The translations under genes and the position numbers were made by a program. Below are positions 30,626 through 41,020 of a DNA stretch of 64,000 bases, piece by piece. The notes below the pieces were generated by a model. The model had not been told where the DNA came from, did not search any database, and saw only the letters and a program-made list of their open reading frames with translations. This stretch comes from an uncultured bacterium. Lineage in GTDB: Bacteria > Bacillota > Clostridia > Christensenellales > QALW01. Position 1 is the stretch's first letter, and every line of letters starts with the position of its first letter. The stretch is taken from the NCBI GenBank assembly GCA_905214315.1, contig CAJMLN010000003.1:4137-68136 (forward strand). The letters run 5' to 3'.

Positions 30626-31223
30626 GGGCTTGCTTTTAGTTATCAGCGGGCCTTCGGGCTGCGGAAAGGGTACGGTGTGCGAGCTGCTCAAACAGCGCAA
30701 TCCAGATATGCGGGTTTCTGTTTCCGCAACAACCCGGGATATGCGGCGCGGCGAGCAGGAGGGCGTGACCTATTTTTATAAAACAAAACAGCAATTTGAA
30801 GAGATGATTCAAAAGGAACAGCTGCTGGAATATGCCTGCGGGTACAGCGGTAATTATTACGGCACCCCTAAGGCTTATGTGCTGGAACAGCTGGCGCAGG
30901 GAAATGATGTGATTCTTGAAATTGAGATTCAGGGCGCCATGCAGGTAAAAAAGAAATTTGACACCGGGGTGTTTATCTTTTTGGTGCCGCCGAGCATGGA
31001 GGAATTATACAGCCGTTTAACAGGACGCGGCCGCGAAAGCCTGGAGCTGATCCGGGAACGTTTTTTAAAAGCCGCGGAGGAAATGAAATATGTAAACGAT
31101 TACGGCTATGTAGTGGTAAACGATACGGTACAGGGAGCCGTTGAAAGAATCGAGGCTGTTTTGACGGCGGAAAAGTGCAAGACCTCGCGGAATCAGGCGT
31201 TTATTGCGCAGCTGATTCAGTAA
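30612..31223 (+). CDS. gmk: guanylate kinase
   Basis: P-loop GPSGCGKGT and TTR substrate motif. Confidence 0.93.
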   Translation: MMSSEGLLLVISGPSGCGKGTVCELLKQRNPDMRVSVSATTRDMRRGEQEGVTYFYKTKQQFEEMIQKEQLLEYACGYSGNYYGTPKAYVLEQLAQGNDVILEIEIQGAMQVKKKFDTGVFIFLVPPSMEELYSRLTGRGRESLELIRERFLKAAEEMKYVNDYGYVVVNDTVQGAVERIEAVLTAEKCKTSRNQAFIAQLIQ

Positions 31224-31257
31224 ATCTGTAAATTATAGAATAAGGAGATTGTTATTT

Positions 31258-31440
31258 ATGTATAAACCAGTTAGCCAGGAGACCGAGGAAAAAGTATCCT
31301 GCAAATATGTGCTTTCTATTGTTATCGCCAAAAGGGCGCGGATGCTTGTGGATACACAGGAGTGCAAAGAAGATTTTAAGCCGGTACTGCAGGCTTTGGA
31401 TGAATTTGAAAACGGTATTTTGATTGCAGAGGAAAAATGA
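31258..31440 (+). CDS. rpoZ: DNA-directed RNA polymerase subunit omega
   Basis: Small protein after RBS AAGGAG. ..SCKYVLSIVIAKRARML.. is typical of RpoZ, and its position after gmk is conserved. Confidence 0.8.
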   Translation: MYKPVSQETEEKVSCKYVLSIVIAKRARMLVDTQECKEDFKPVLQALDEFENGILIAEEK

Positions 31441-33671
31441 ACAGGTATGCACAGGTAATCGTTGATATTTCCAATCAGGATATAGACAGGCTTTTTACCT
31501 ATACTATTCCTGAACATATCAACGGGCTGGTACCGGGGATGCGTGTCCTCGTGCCTTTCGGCAGGCAAAAGAATGTGGAGGGGCTTGTTCTGCGTCTTTG
31601 CACGGAAACGGAACTTTCTCCGGCAGCATTGAAGCCTGTTACGGCCGTACCGGATGCCGAACCGGTGCTTACTGACGAGCAGATCAAATTGGCGCTGTGG
31701 ATTAAAAAGAAATATCATGCCGGCTATGCTGATGCGATGCGTCTGTTTATCCCCGCGGGGCTGCGTGGGGGCCGTGTGCGTACTCAATACATTTCCATGC
31801 TCCGACTGGAGGTGCCCGCGGATCAGCTGGAGGCGGTGCTGAATAGAATGCGTGCGGGAACTAAGGCGTACCGCATTCTTTCCGCCCTTGCAGAATATGG
31901 GGATATGGAGCGAGCACAGTTGACGCATCTGGTAGGCGAATGCGGCACCGTGATTAAAAGACTGGTATCCCAGGGATATGCGGCGCTCTATCGTGTGGAA
32001 CGCCAGCGTTCTCCTTATTTAGATATTGCGCCCCAGCGGGTAGAATGGCATACGCTCAACAACTGTCAGCAGAATGTGTTGAACGGTATTCTGCGGGAAA
32101 GAGAGCATTTTTTTGTTTCCCTGCTGCATGGGGTTACCGGCAGCGGCAAAACCGAGGTTTATATGCAGGCCATCAGAAGCGTAGTAAATGCCGGAAAAAC
32201 AGCTATTGTGCTGGTTCCGGAGATCTCTCTTACCCCACAGATGGTTTTGAATTTCAGAGAAAAGCTCGGTGACGGTATAGCGATTCTGCACAGCGCGCTG
32301 GGAGACGGAGAACGTTTTGACGAGTGGCGGCGTATTTTAAACGGAGAAGCTCGTATTGTGATCGGTGCTCGATCGGCGGTGTTTGCACCGTGTAGGAATG
32401 TGGGAATTATTATTGTGGATGAAGAGCACGAGAGCTCGTATGTATCTGAAACGCATCCGCGCTATGATGCGGTGGAAGTGGCGATTAAACGTGGTGAATA
32501 TAACAGCTGTCCTGTAATTCTGGGCAGCGCAACGCCTTCGGTGGTACGTTATTATAAGGCGACGCAGGGGGAGTACGGACTGTTTGAATTGCCCGAACGT
32601 GCCAACGGCAAGGAATTGCCGCCGGTTGAAATTGTGGATATGGCAGAGGAATTTTCCAAGGGAAACAGAAGCATTTTTTCTGGGCGGCTTTATGAGCTCA
32701 TGGGCGAAACCCTGGCTGCGCAGAAACAGATTATGCTGTTTTTAAACCGGCGGGGATATTCCAGCTTTGTAATGTGCCGCGCCTGTGGGGAGACAATCGC
32801 CTGCCAAAACTGCGACGTTTCGCTTACCTATCATTATCATATCAATAAGCTGCGCTGTCATTATTGCGGCTATGAGCTTCCTTTGCCGCAGGTTTGCCCC
32901 TCTTGCGGCAGTAAATTTATCAAACAGTTTGGTGCGGGGACGCAAAAAGTAGAGGAAGAATTTTTAAAGCTCTTTCCGCAGTCAAGCGTTGTGCGGATGG
33001 ATGTAGATACAACGCGCGGCAAGGATGCCCATTATCATCTGCTGAAAAAGCTGGCCGACGGCAGCGCACAGGCGCTGATCGGAACGCAGATGATTGCCAA
33101 GGGGCATGATTTTCCCAATGTTACCCTTGTGGGGGTGGTCGCGGCCGACGGGATGCTTCGGCTGCCGGATTACCGGAGCCGCGAGCGTACGTTTTCTCTG
33201 CTTACCCAGGTAGCCGGCCGGGCTGGGCGGGCAGAGAGCAGCGGCCGGGTGGTGGTGCAGACCTATTCACCCCGGCATTTTGTAATTGAGTGCGCGGCGC
33301 GGCATGATTATAAAGCGTTTTATACAAGAGAAATCGAGCAGCGGCGTGCGATGTGGTATCCGCCGTTTGCCAGGGTCGTGCGCGTTTTATATTCTTCCGC
33401 TGATGCTGAAAGCGCCTATGAGGGCTCGGTAAAGGCCTATGAGCGGGTACGGCAGGTGCTGGAAAGGTTTTCTGGCGAAGTGCTGTATCAGGAGCGGACG
33501 GCCGCGCCGATCAACCGTTTAAGAGAGTTGTACCGCCATCAGATTATGATTAAGCTCAAAGAGAGCGTGCGCTGCAATGAAATTGTGGATCAGATCTTTG
33601 CCGCGCTGGAAGGAATCGCCGGTAAGGAGCTGTATTGTGATATACAGGAGAATCCTGTAAATTTATTTTAA
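31437..33671 (+). CDS. priA: primosomal protein N' (replication restart helicase)
   Basis: Walker A GVTGSGKTEVY, DEEH box, four-CxxC zinc-binding region (CRACG..CQNCD..CHYCG..CPSCG). Confidence 0.95.
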   Translation: MNRYAQVIVDISNQDIDRLFTYTIPEHINGLVPGMRVLVPFGRQKNVEGLVLRLCTETELSPAALKPVTAVPDAEPVLTDEQIKLALWIKKKYHAGYADAMRLFIPAGLRGGRVRTQYISMLRLEVPADQLEAVLNRMRAGTKAYRILSALAEYGDMERAQLTHLVGECGTVIKRLVSQGYAALYRVERQRSPYLDIAPQRVEWHTLNNCQQNVLNGILREREHFFVSLLHGVTGSGKTEVYMQAIRSVVNAGKTAIVLVPEISLTPQMVLNFREKLGDGIAILHSALGDGERFDEWRRILNGEARIVIGARSAVFAPCRNVGIIIVDEEHESSYVSETHPRYDAVEVAIKRGEYNSCPVILGSATPSVVRYYKATQGEYGLFELPERANGKELPPVEIVDMAEEFSKGNRSIFSGRLYELMGETLAAQKQIMLFLNRRGYSSFVMCRACGETIACQNCDVSLTYHYHINKLRCHYCGYELPLPQVCPSCGSKFIKQFGAGTQKVEEEFLKLFPQSSVVRMDVDTTRGKDAHYHLLKKLADGSAQALIGTQMIAKGHDFPNVTLVGVVAADGMLRLPDYRSRERTFSLLTQVAGRAGRAESSGRVVVQTYSPRHFVIECAARHDYKAFYTREIEQRRAMWYPPFARVVRVLYSSADAESAYEGSVKAYERVRQVLERFSGEVLYQERTAAPINRLRELYRHQIMIKLKESVRCNEIVDQIFAALEGIAGKELYCDIQENPVNLF

Positions 33672-33681
33672 GGTGAAGAAA

Positions 33682-34137
33682 ATGGCAATAAGAAATATTT
33701 TGAAGGATACGGAGCCCCTGCTGCGAAAGAAGAGCAGAGAGGTGACGGAAATCGACGAAAAGATTCTCACACTGCTGGATGATATGAAGGAAACGCTGGC
33801 GCAGGCACAGGGGGTAGGGCTGGCGGCGCCGCAGGTGGGCATTCTGCGTCGTGTGATTATTGTGGATACGGGAGAAGAGATCTTAGAGCTGATTAACCCG
33901 GTAATTGTAAAGGAGAGCGGCCATCAGGACAGCGTAGAGGGATGTCTCAGCGTTCCCGGGGTGCGCGGCCATGTTGACAGGCCCAAAAAAGTAACGGTTC
34001 AGGGCTATGACCGGGAGGGCAATTTGATGGAATATAAGGCGCAGGATTATGTCGCTACGATTTTTTGCCATGAAACCGATCATTTGAACGGAATTTTATT
34101 TACCGACAAGGCAACAAGGATAGGAAAAGATGATTGA
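33682..34137 (+). CDS. def: peptide deformylase
   Basis: GVGLAAPQ, EGCLS and HETDHL motifs. Confidence 0.95.
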   Translation: MAIRNILKDTEPLLRKKSREVTEIDEKILTLLDDMKETLAQAQGVGLAAPQVGILRRVIIVDTGEEILELINPVIVKESGHQDSVEGCLSVPGVRGHVDRPKKVTVQGYDREGNLMEYKAQDYVATIFCHETDHLNGILFTDKATRIGKDD

Positions 34138-35068
34138 TATCGTTTTTTTAGGGACACCGGATTTTGCAGTGCCCTCGTTAAAGGCTCTGGTGGAAAACGG
34201 CTACCGTGTAAAGGCTGTATTCACCCAGCCGGACCGGCCCAAGGGCCGCGGCAACAAACTGGCATTTTCGCCGGTAAAGGCGTATGCGCTTGAAAAAGGG
34301 ATTGCCGTGTACCAGCCGGAAAGAATCCGTCTGCCGGAGCCGGCGGCCGTGCTGCGTGCGCTTAAGCCGGATCTGATGGTGACGGCGGCGTTCGGACAGA
34401 TTCTTTCAAAGGAAAACTTGGATTCCGCACGCTTGGGCTGCGTCAATGTTCACGGTTCCCTGCTGCCGGCCTACCGGGGATCCTCCCCGATTCAATGGGC
34501 GGTAATCAACGGGGAAAAGGAGACCGGTATTACGACGATGTATACCGATATCGGCGTGGACTGCGGGGATATCATTCTGCAAAGGAAGCTCGACATCGGT
34601 GAAGAGGAAACGGCCGGCGAGCTGTTTGAAAGAATGGCGCCGCTGGGCGCGCAGGTATTGCTGGAAACCGTGCGGTTGATTGAAGAGGGAAGGGCTCCCC
34701 GGCTTGCGCAGGATGAGACGCTGGCAACGCATTTCCCGATGCTGGATAAAAAGAGCGCCGCTATTGATTTTACGCAGGAGGCCCTCAAAATAAAAAATCA
34801 GATCCGCGGGCTGAATCCCTGGCCGGTGGCCTGGACAATGTGCGGCGATGCGGTGCTTAAGGTGTATTCGGCAACGGTGCTGGAGAAAAAGGCGCAGGAT
34901 GCGCCGGGAACCATTGTGTGCGCGGACGAAAAGCAGGGACTTGTCGTCTGCACGGGTGACCGTCTGCTTTCTCTTGATATCATACAATTTCCGGGGAAAA
35001 AGGCGATGGACGCAAAAATATATCTGCGGGGAAATTCTCTTGCGGCGGGATGTATGCGCCATGTATGA
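34130..35068 (+). CDS. fmt: methionyl-tRNA formyltransferase
   Basis: Formyltransferase core NVHGSLLPAYRG. Overlaps def by 8 nt. Confidence 0.95.
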   Translation: MIDIVFLGTPDFAVPSLKALVENGYRVKAVFTQPDRPKGRGNKLAFSPVKAYALEKGIAVYQPERIRLPEPAAVLRALKPDLMVTAAFGQILSKENLDSARLGCVNVHGSLLPAYRGSSPIQWAVINGEKETGITTMYTDIGVDCGDIILQRKLDIGEEETAGELFERMAPLGAQVLLETVRLIEEGRAPRLAQDETLATHFPMLDKKSAAIDFTQEALKIKNQIRGLNPWPVAWTMCGDAVLKVYSATVLEKKAQDAPGTIVCADEKQGLVVCTGDRLLSLDIIQFPGKKAMDAKIYLRGNSLAAGCMRHV

Positions 35069-36353
35069 GAATAAAGCCAGACGTCAGGCGTTTTTATTGC
35101 TGCATCAGATCATTTCGGAGCAGCAGTATTCCAATTTATCCCTGAAATACGGCTTGGACGGATACGATACCCGGGACAGAGCGTTTATTACAGCACTTGT
35201 TTACGGTACCCTGGATAAGCTGATTCACCTGGATTATGTGCTCTCCCTCTATGCCAGAGGGCGGCTGCAGCCTAAGATCCGCACTCTGCTGCGTATGAGC
35301 GCGTACCAGATTTTATATATGGACCGTGTTCCGGACAGCGCCGCCGTCAATTCCGCCGTGGCGCTTGCAGAGGAGATCGGTAAGGGCATGCTCAAGGGAT
35401 ATATCAACGGGGTGTTGCGTACCGTTTCCAGGGAAAAAACAAAAATTCCCTATCCCAAGGAGACGGCGGAAAGGATATCGGTACAGTACAGCTATCCTGC
35501 GTTTCTGGTGCGGGAGATGATTCAGGAGCACGGCGAGGCATGGACTGAGCAGATGTGTGCGTTTGAAGGCGACCATAGCACCTGCCTGCGGGTAAATACG
35601 GAAAAAATCAGTGTGGCGGAGATAAAGGAACGGCTTTCCTGCCCGTATCGTGACGGAAAATATTTTGACGATTGCCTTTATATCCAAGGAGAACCGCCTT
35701 TTTTGGAAGAAGGACTTTGCAGCGTTCAGGGCGAGGCCTCCATGGCGGTTGTAAGAGCGCTGGATCCCTGGAGAGGGGAGAAAATTTTAGATTGCTGCGC
35801 CGCGCCGGGAGGCAAGACGGTATATATTGCACAGCGGATGCAGGAGGGCAGCATTACCGCTTTGGATAAGCATGAGCACAGAGTCAGGCTGATTCAAAGC
35901 AATGCTCAGCGGTGCGGCTTTGCCGACAGGATAACCGCCTGCACGGCGGATATGCTGGAGGAACAGAACGGATGTTATGACAGAGTGCTTGCGGATGTTC
36001 CCTGCAGCGGCCTGGGGGTGATCGGGCAGAAGCCGGAGATCAAAAATACAATTACGGCCGATCAATTGGCCGGACTTAGGGACGTTCAGTTAAAAATTTT
36101 AGAAAACGCGGCCCGCTGCGTAAAGCCGGGCGGAATCCTGGTGTACAGTACCTGTACGGTGCGCAGGGCGGAGAATCAGGAGATTATTGAATGTTTTTTA
36201 GAGCGGCATCCGGATTTTATGCCGGACAGCCTGAAGGGATATTTAGGCGAAAGACTGGAGCGGGGCAGGCATGCCGAACAGGGATTTTTGCAGTTGTATC
36301 CTGCACGCGACGGCATTGACGGATTTTTTATGGCAAGGATGAAACGCATTTGA
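35061..36353 (+). CDS. rsmB: 16S rRNA (cytosine967-C5)-methyltransferase
   Basis: Start MYENKARRQAF.. (NusB-like N-domain). SAM motif DCCAAPGGKT; catalytic Cys motifs DVPCSG and YSTCT. Confidence 0.9.
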   Translation: MYENKARRQAFLLLHQIISEQQYSNLSLKYGLDGYDTRDRAFITALVYGTLDKLIHLDYVLSLYARGRLQPKIRTLLRMSAYQILYMDRVPDSAAVNSAVALAEEIGKGMLKGYINGVLRTVSREKTKIPYPKETAERISVQYSYPAFLVREMIQEHGEAWTEQMCAFEGDHSTCLRVNTEKISVAEIKERLSCPYRDGKYFDDCLYIQGEPPFLEEGLCSVQGEASMAVVRALDPWRGEKILDCCAAPGGKTVYIAQRMQEGSITALDKHEHRVRLIQSNAQRCGFADRITACTADMLEEQNGCYDRVLADVPCSGLGVIGQKPEIKNTITADQLAGLRDVQLKILENAARCVKPGGILVYSTCTVRRAENQEIIECFLERHPDFMPDSLKGYLGERLERGRHAEQGFLQLYPARDGIDGFFMARMKRI

Positions 36354-37390
36354 AGCTTTTGAATCTGGGCTTGGAGGAGCTGAAAAATTTAATAGCAGAC
36401 TGGGGATATCCTGCCTATCGCGCGCAGCAGATTCATTCGGCGCTGTGGCAGGGCAAGACGGTCGCACAGATGAATATTCCCCGAGAGCTGAAAACGCTGC
36501 TGGAAGAAAACGGCTATACCGTGGGCGGTGCGGAGATCTATCAGAAGCTGGTTTCGCGTGACGGTACGGAAAAATATTTGTACCGCCTGGAGGACGGCAA
36601 TATTATTGAGGGCGTTTTTATGCGCTATAAGCACGGGAATACCCTTTGCATCTCTATTCAGGTGGGCTGCCGTATGGGGTGCGCCTTCTGCGCCTCTACC
36701 CTGGGCGGCCTTGTCAGGCATCTGGAGGCCGGGGAAATCCTGGGGCAGGTGATCAGCGCCAACCGGGATCACGGAAAAGCCGGAGAACGCTCCCTTACCA
36801 ATCTTGTGCTGATGGGCAGCGGCGAGCCGCTGGATAATTACGAAAATGTGCTTCGGTTTTTAAAGCTGGTTACCGATGAAAACGGTTTGCATATTTCTGC
36901 GCGGAATATTTCGCTTTCTACCTGCGGCCTTGTGCCGAAAATTTATGCACTTGCCCGCGAAAAGCTCGGGATTACGCTTTCCCTTTCCCTTCATGCGCCA
37001 GAGGATGCGCTCAGAAAAGAGCTGATGCCGATTGCCCGTGCATATACTGTGGAGGAAACGGTAAAGGCAATGCGCTTTTATGTAAAAACTACCGGACGCA
37101 GGGTTATTTTTGAATATGCGCTGATCGATCGGAAGAATGATACGCCGGAATGTGCGCAGCAGCTGGCGGAATTGATACGGGGAATGCAGTGCCATGTGAA
37201 TCTGATTCCTTTGAATTCCGTACATGAAAGCGGGCTGAAAGGATCCGGAGGGGACAGAATAAAGAATTTTATGGAAATGCTGCAGGCAAAAGGCGTTTCT
37301 GTTACCGTAAGGCGTGAAATGGGAGCTGATATTGCCGGTGCCTGCGGGCAGCTTAGAAGAAGCTATCTTGAAAGGGAGGGAAAATATTGA
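36350..37390 (+). CDS. rlmN: 23S rRNA/tRNA (adenine-C2)-methyltransferase, radical SAM
   Basis: CRMGCAFCAS (CxxxCxxC). TTG start overlapping the rsmB stop. Confidence 0.92.
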   Translation: MKLLNLGLEELKNLIADWGYPAYRAQQIHSALWQGKTVAQMNIPRELKTLLEENGYTVGGAEIYQKLVSRDGTEKYLYRLEDGNIIEGVFMRYKHGNTLCISIQVGCRMGCAFCASTLGGLVRHLEAGEILGQVISANRDHGKAGERSLTNLVLMGSGEPLDNYENVLRFLKLVTDENGLHISARNISLSTCGLVPKIYALAREKLGITLSLSLHAPEDALRKELMPIARAYTVEETVKAMRFYVKTTGRRVIFEYALIDRKNDTPECAQQLAELIRGMQCHVNLIPLNSVHESGLKGSGGDRIKNFMEMLQAKGVSVTVRREMGADIAGACGQLRRSYLEREGKY

Positions 37391-38112
37391 AATACTCTGG
37401 ATTAAGTAACAAAGGAAAAGTAAGGGGCAGCAATGAGGATTTCTTTCATGTACCCTTTGATCGGGAGGATATTAAGCTTTTTATTGTGGCCGACGGTATG
37501 GGCGGCGTGAATGCGGGCGAGGTGGCCAGTTCTCTGGCGGTGGCCAGCACGGCCGAATTCATTCGGGAAAACTATTTTTCCGCCACGGATATGCGGCTGC
37601 TGCTGCGGCAGGCGATGAGTGAAGCCAACAGAGCCGTTTATCAGACGGCAAAATCGGATAAAAGCTTTGACAGCATGGGCACTACCCTGGTGGCCGCGAT
37701 GATTCACGACGGCCTGGTTTATGTGGCAAACGTGGGAGACAGCCGCTGCTATATGCTGCGCAGGGGAGAATTCCGGCAGATCAGCATCGATCATTCTTAT
37801 GTGCAAGAGATGGTGGATAAAGGGGTGCTGACGCCTACTGAGGCGCAGAAGCATCCGAAAAAAAATCTGATTACGCGCGCTATCGGCGCCGAACGCTTTG
37901 TGGAAGTGGATGTGTTCTGCCAAAGCTGGGAGGAGCATGACAGACTGCTGCTTGCTACCGACGGGCTTACGGGAATGCTTAGTGAGGAGAAAATAAAAGA
38001 GATTATCAGCAGCAGCGCGGATTGCGGCTGCATCACCGAGCAGCTGATTCAGGCGGCGAATGAAGCGGGCGGTAAAGATAATATCACCGCAGTATTTATA
38101 GCTAACGATTAA
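37387..38112 (+). CDS. stp: PP2C-family Ser/Thr protein phosphatase
   Basis: NEDFF, ADGMGG and TDGL motifs. Paired with prkC. Confidence 0.92.
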   Translation: MKYSGLSNKGKVRGSNEDFFHVPFDREDIKLFIVADGMGGVNAGEVASSLAVASTAEFIRENYFSATDMRLLLRQAMSEANRAVYQTAKSDKSFDSMGTTLVAAMIHDGLVYVANVGDSRCYMLRRGEFRQISIDHSYVQEMVDKGVLTPTEAQKHPKKNLITRAIGAERFVEVDVFCQSWEEHDRLLLATDGLTGMLSEEKIKEIISSSADCGCITEQLIQAANEAGGKDNITAVFIAND

Positions 38113-38124
38113 GGAGACTTTTTA

Positions 38125-40143
38125 ATGGTTAACGATATCATTGACGGTAAATATGAAATTTTGTCGAAAATAGGCAGCGGCGGTACCAGCATCGTATATA
38201 AGGCCCGGCGGCTGAGCGACGGTTTTATTGTTGCAATCAAGGTAGTGCGCGATGAGCTGGAGGATATTGACGAGCATGAACGTCATTTCCGGCATGAGGC
38301 AGAGGCACTGGCCAAAATGTCTCACCGGAATGTGCGTAGGATTTTAGCTGTTGGGCAATGGAACGGCTCGCTGTATATGGTAACGGAATATATTGACGGA
38401 AAAACGCTAAAAGATATTATTGCGCAAAATGGTCCGCTGCCGCCCAAAAAAGCAGTGGACTACGCCCTGCAGATTGCGGCCGGCATGGAGCATGCCCATA
38501 TGAAAAATATCATTCATCGGGATATCAAGCCGCAGAATATTCTTGTTTCCAATGACGGTACGGTAAAAATTGTGGATTTTGGCATTGCACGGGTGCTTTC
38601 GCCGCAGACTACGCGAACGATGGGTGGCAAAGACGTTGTAGGAAGCGTACATTATATTTCCCCTGAACAAGCGCGGGGCAGCCATGTGGATTCCCGGACG
38701 GATATCTATTCTTTTGGTGTATTGCTGTATGAAATGTTTACTGGACGTGTGCCCTTTGAGGGGGACGAGGCGGTATCCATTGCCATGAAGCATGTAAACC
38801 AGATGCCGGAGGCACCGCAAAGCGTGAATCCTGCGATCTCCAGGGGAATTAACGATATTATTTTAAAGTGTATGCAGAAGGATCCCGCAAAGCGGTACCA
38901 GACGGCTTCGGAGCTGCGGGAGGATCTGCTGCTGTATGTGGCTAATCCCGACGGCTTTTCGGTAATCGGGCAGGAGGAATATACACAACAGCCATATGAG
39001 GAAGAAGAAACGGAGTCTGCCGAACCGGTGAGAAGAAAGAGCATTATTACGGCTAAAGAGGAAGATAACGGCGGGGTAAGAAAGAAAATTTCTTACATAA
39101 ATGAAGAGGAACGAAAAAAGGTAAAGGCATCTAAACGCAAGCGAGGTCTGATTATTGGTATCAGTGTTGCTGCATCCGTTCTGGTAGTTGCAATGGTATT
39201 AAGCATTATTTTACCCCGCGTCCTGTGGGGAAACAATTATGAAAAGAAAGCAGTCCCCACGGTTGTGGATTTGAGTAAAAGCGCAGCGGCGGCAATCATG
39301 CGCAGCGAGTCCTTTTCCAAGTTCCGGTATGTGGAGGAAAACAGCAGTTCCGTACCGGCAGATTGCGTTATACGCACCGAGCCGGAGGCTGGAAGCATTG
39401 TTCCGGTTAATACAGAGATCGTTATTTATGTCAGCAAAGGCGCAAAGCAGCTGATGGCGGAAAATACCATAGGAAAGCCCTATATGGAGGCCACGGAGAT
39501 TCTGGAGAAGCAGGGCTTTAAGGTAAGATACGTATACATTGAGGATAATTCCAGGGAAACCGGCACGGTTGCCGACCAGAGCAGTTATAATCAGAGCATT
39601 GCCGAGGGAACTGAAATTACGCTTACGGTAGTGCGGAATATTGCAGCGCTGGAAATCATTGTGCCGGATCTTACCGGACTCAGCCTGGAGGACGCGAAAG
39701 AAGCGATTGTCCGCGCGGGCTTCGTTGTAGGAAATTATCAGGAAATAAAATCCGATAACCCAGAAGAACTGGGGGTAAGATGGCAAAACATCGATCCGGG
39801 AACACCGTATTTATATATTGAAGGCGAGGAACCGCCGGAGGTAACAATTGATTTTACGGTGAATATCAGCAGTGGGTACCGATGCGTGTACGAATATGCT
39901 GTGCCGGAAGAATATAGGGCGCAGACGTTGGAGCTGCTTGTTTATAATCAAAATGGAGAGCAGGTAGACTATAGAAAATATGTGGACGCTGCATTTATTT
40001 CACTGGAATACAGCACAGAACAGCCTGAAAATGTAACCTTTGAATTGTACCTTGAAAGCCGTCAAATTGATAAAAAAGTACTTACCACGTCTATGAATAC
40101 GCCCGCTCCGACGGAGGAAGGAAATCCGAATGCCGGAGATTGA
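38125..40143 (+). CDS. prkC: Ser/Thr protein kinase with C-terminal PASTA repeats
   Basis: GSGGTSIVYKA..AIK, HRDIKPQN, DFG, a single TM segment, then repeated PASTA-like modules. Confidence 0.93.
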   Translation: MVNDIIDGKYEILSKIGSGGTSIVYKARRLSDGFIVAIKVVRDELEDIDEHERHFRHEAEALAKMSHRNVRRILAVGQWNGSLYMVTEYIDGKTLKDIIAQNGPLPPKKAVDYALQIAAGMEHAHMKNIIHRDIKPQNILVSNDGTVKIVDFGIARVLSPQTTRTMGGKDVVGSVHYISPEQARGSHVDSRTDIYSFGVLLYEMFTGRVPFEGDEAVSIAMKHVNQMPEAPQSVNPAISRGINDIILKCMQKDPAKRYQTASELREDLLLYVANPDGFSVIGQEEYTQQPYEEEETESAEPVRRKSIITAKEEDNGGVRKKISYINEEERKKVKASKRKRGLIIGISVAASVLVVAMVLSIILPRVLWGNNYEKKAVPTVVDLSKSAAAAIMRSESFSKFRYVEENSSSVPADCVIRTEPEAGSIVPVNTEIVIYVSKGAKQLMAENTIGKPYMEATEILEKQGFKVRYVYIEDNSRETGTVADQSSYNQSIAEGTEITLTVVRNIAALEIIVPDLTGLSLEDAKEAIVRAGFVVGNYQEIKSDNPEELGVRWQNIDPGTPYLYIEGEEPPEVTIDFTVNISSGYRCVYEYAVPEEYRAQTLELLVYNQNGEQVDYRKYVDAAFISLEYSTEQPENVTFELYLESRQIDKKVLTTSMNTPAPTEEGNPNAGD

Positions 40144-41020
40144 GGGAATGATTTTAAAGGCTGTGGCCGGAACCTTTGAGGTTTTATGTGAAGAACAGCT
40201 TTTCAGTGCGTATGCGGCGGGTAAATTCCGCAATATGAATTTGACGCCGATGGTAGGAGATAAAGTGTCACTGCAGCTTTCTGAGAGAGCGGGAGAAAAG
40301 ACCTTTATTACGCAAATACGTCCCAGGAAAAATGCTTTGCTCCGGCCGCCGGTAGCTAATGTGGATACCTTGCTGATTACGGTTGCGGTAAAGCGGCCGA
40401 ACCCGGATTTAAAGCTTGCGGATGAGTTGATCTGCTATTGCCGTATGCTGGAGATCGAGCCGGTCATTTGTGTGAATAAGAGCGATTATGATCTTCAGGA
40501 GGCGTCCTCCATTGCGCGGCAGTATCAGGCCAGCGGCATTCGGGTTTATTTGACCAGCGCCCTGGAGGAGGCCGGCACGGCGGAGCTTAAAGACAATATT
40601 CCTGAGGGAATCACCTGCTTTTGCGGGCAGTCCGCTGTGGGAAAATCATCGCTCACCAATCTGCTACTGGGCCGGCCGGCATTTGAAATCGGCGCGTTAA
40701 GCCGGAAGACGGAACGAGGCAGGCACACGACCCGCCATTGCGAACTGGTTGCCTTTGCTCCTAATCGATGGCTTGCCGATACGCCGGGATTTTCGCTTTT
40801 GGAGACGCCCCGCCTTTCCCCGGAAGAGCTTTTGGAACTCTATGAGGAATATGCGCCCTATGCGCCGAACTGCCGTTTTACAGGCTGCAGGCATATCAGC
40901 GAGCCGGATTGTGCGGTTAAGCGCGCGGTAGAAGCAGGCAAGCTGTCCCTGCCGCGGTATGAGCGGTATAAACAGATCTACGAGGATGTAGAGCAAAAAT
41001 GGAGGAACCGATATGATTAA
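40130..41020 (+). CDS. rsgA: ribosome small-subunit-dependent GTPase A
   Basis: Circularly permuted GTPase: NKSD, GQSAVGKSS, zinc cluster C..CRH..EPDC. Start could alternatively be ATG 40148. Confidence 0.92.
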   Translation: MPEIEGMILKAVAGTFEVLCEEQLFSAYAAGKFRNMNLTPMVGDKVSLQLSERAGEKTFITQIRPRKNALLRPPVANVDTLLITVAVKRPNPDLKLADELICYCRMLEIEPVICVNKSDYDLQEASSIARQYQASGIRVYLTSALEEAGTAELKDNIPEGITCFCGQSAVGKSSLTNLLLGRPAFEIGALSRKTERGRHTTRHCELVAFAPNRWLADTPGFSLLETPRLSPEELLELYEEYAPYAPNCRFTGCRHISEPDCAVKRAVEAGKLSLPRYERYKQIYEDVEQKWRNRYD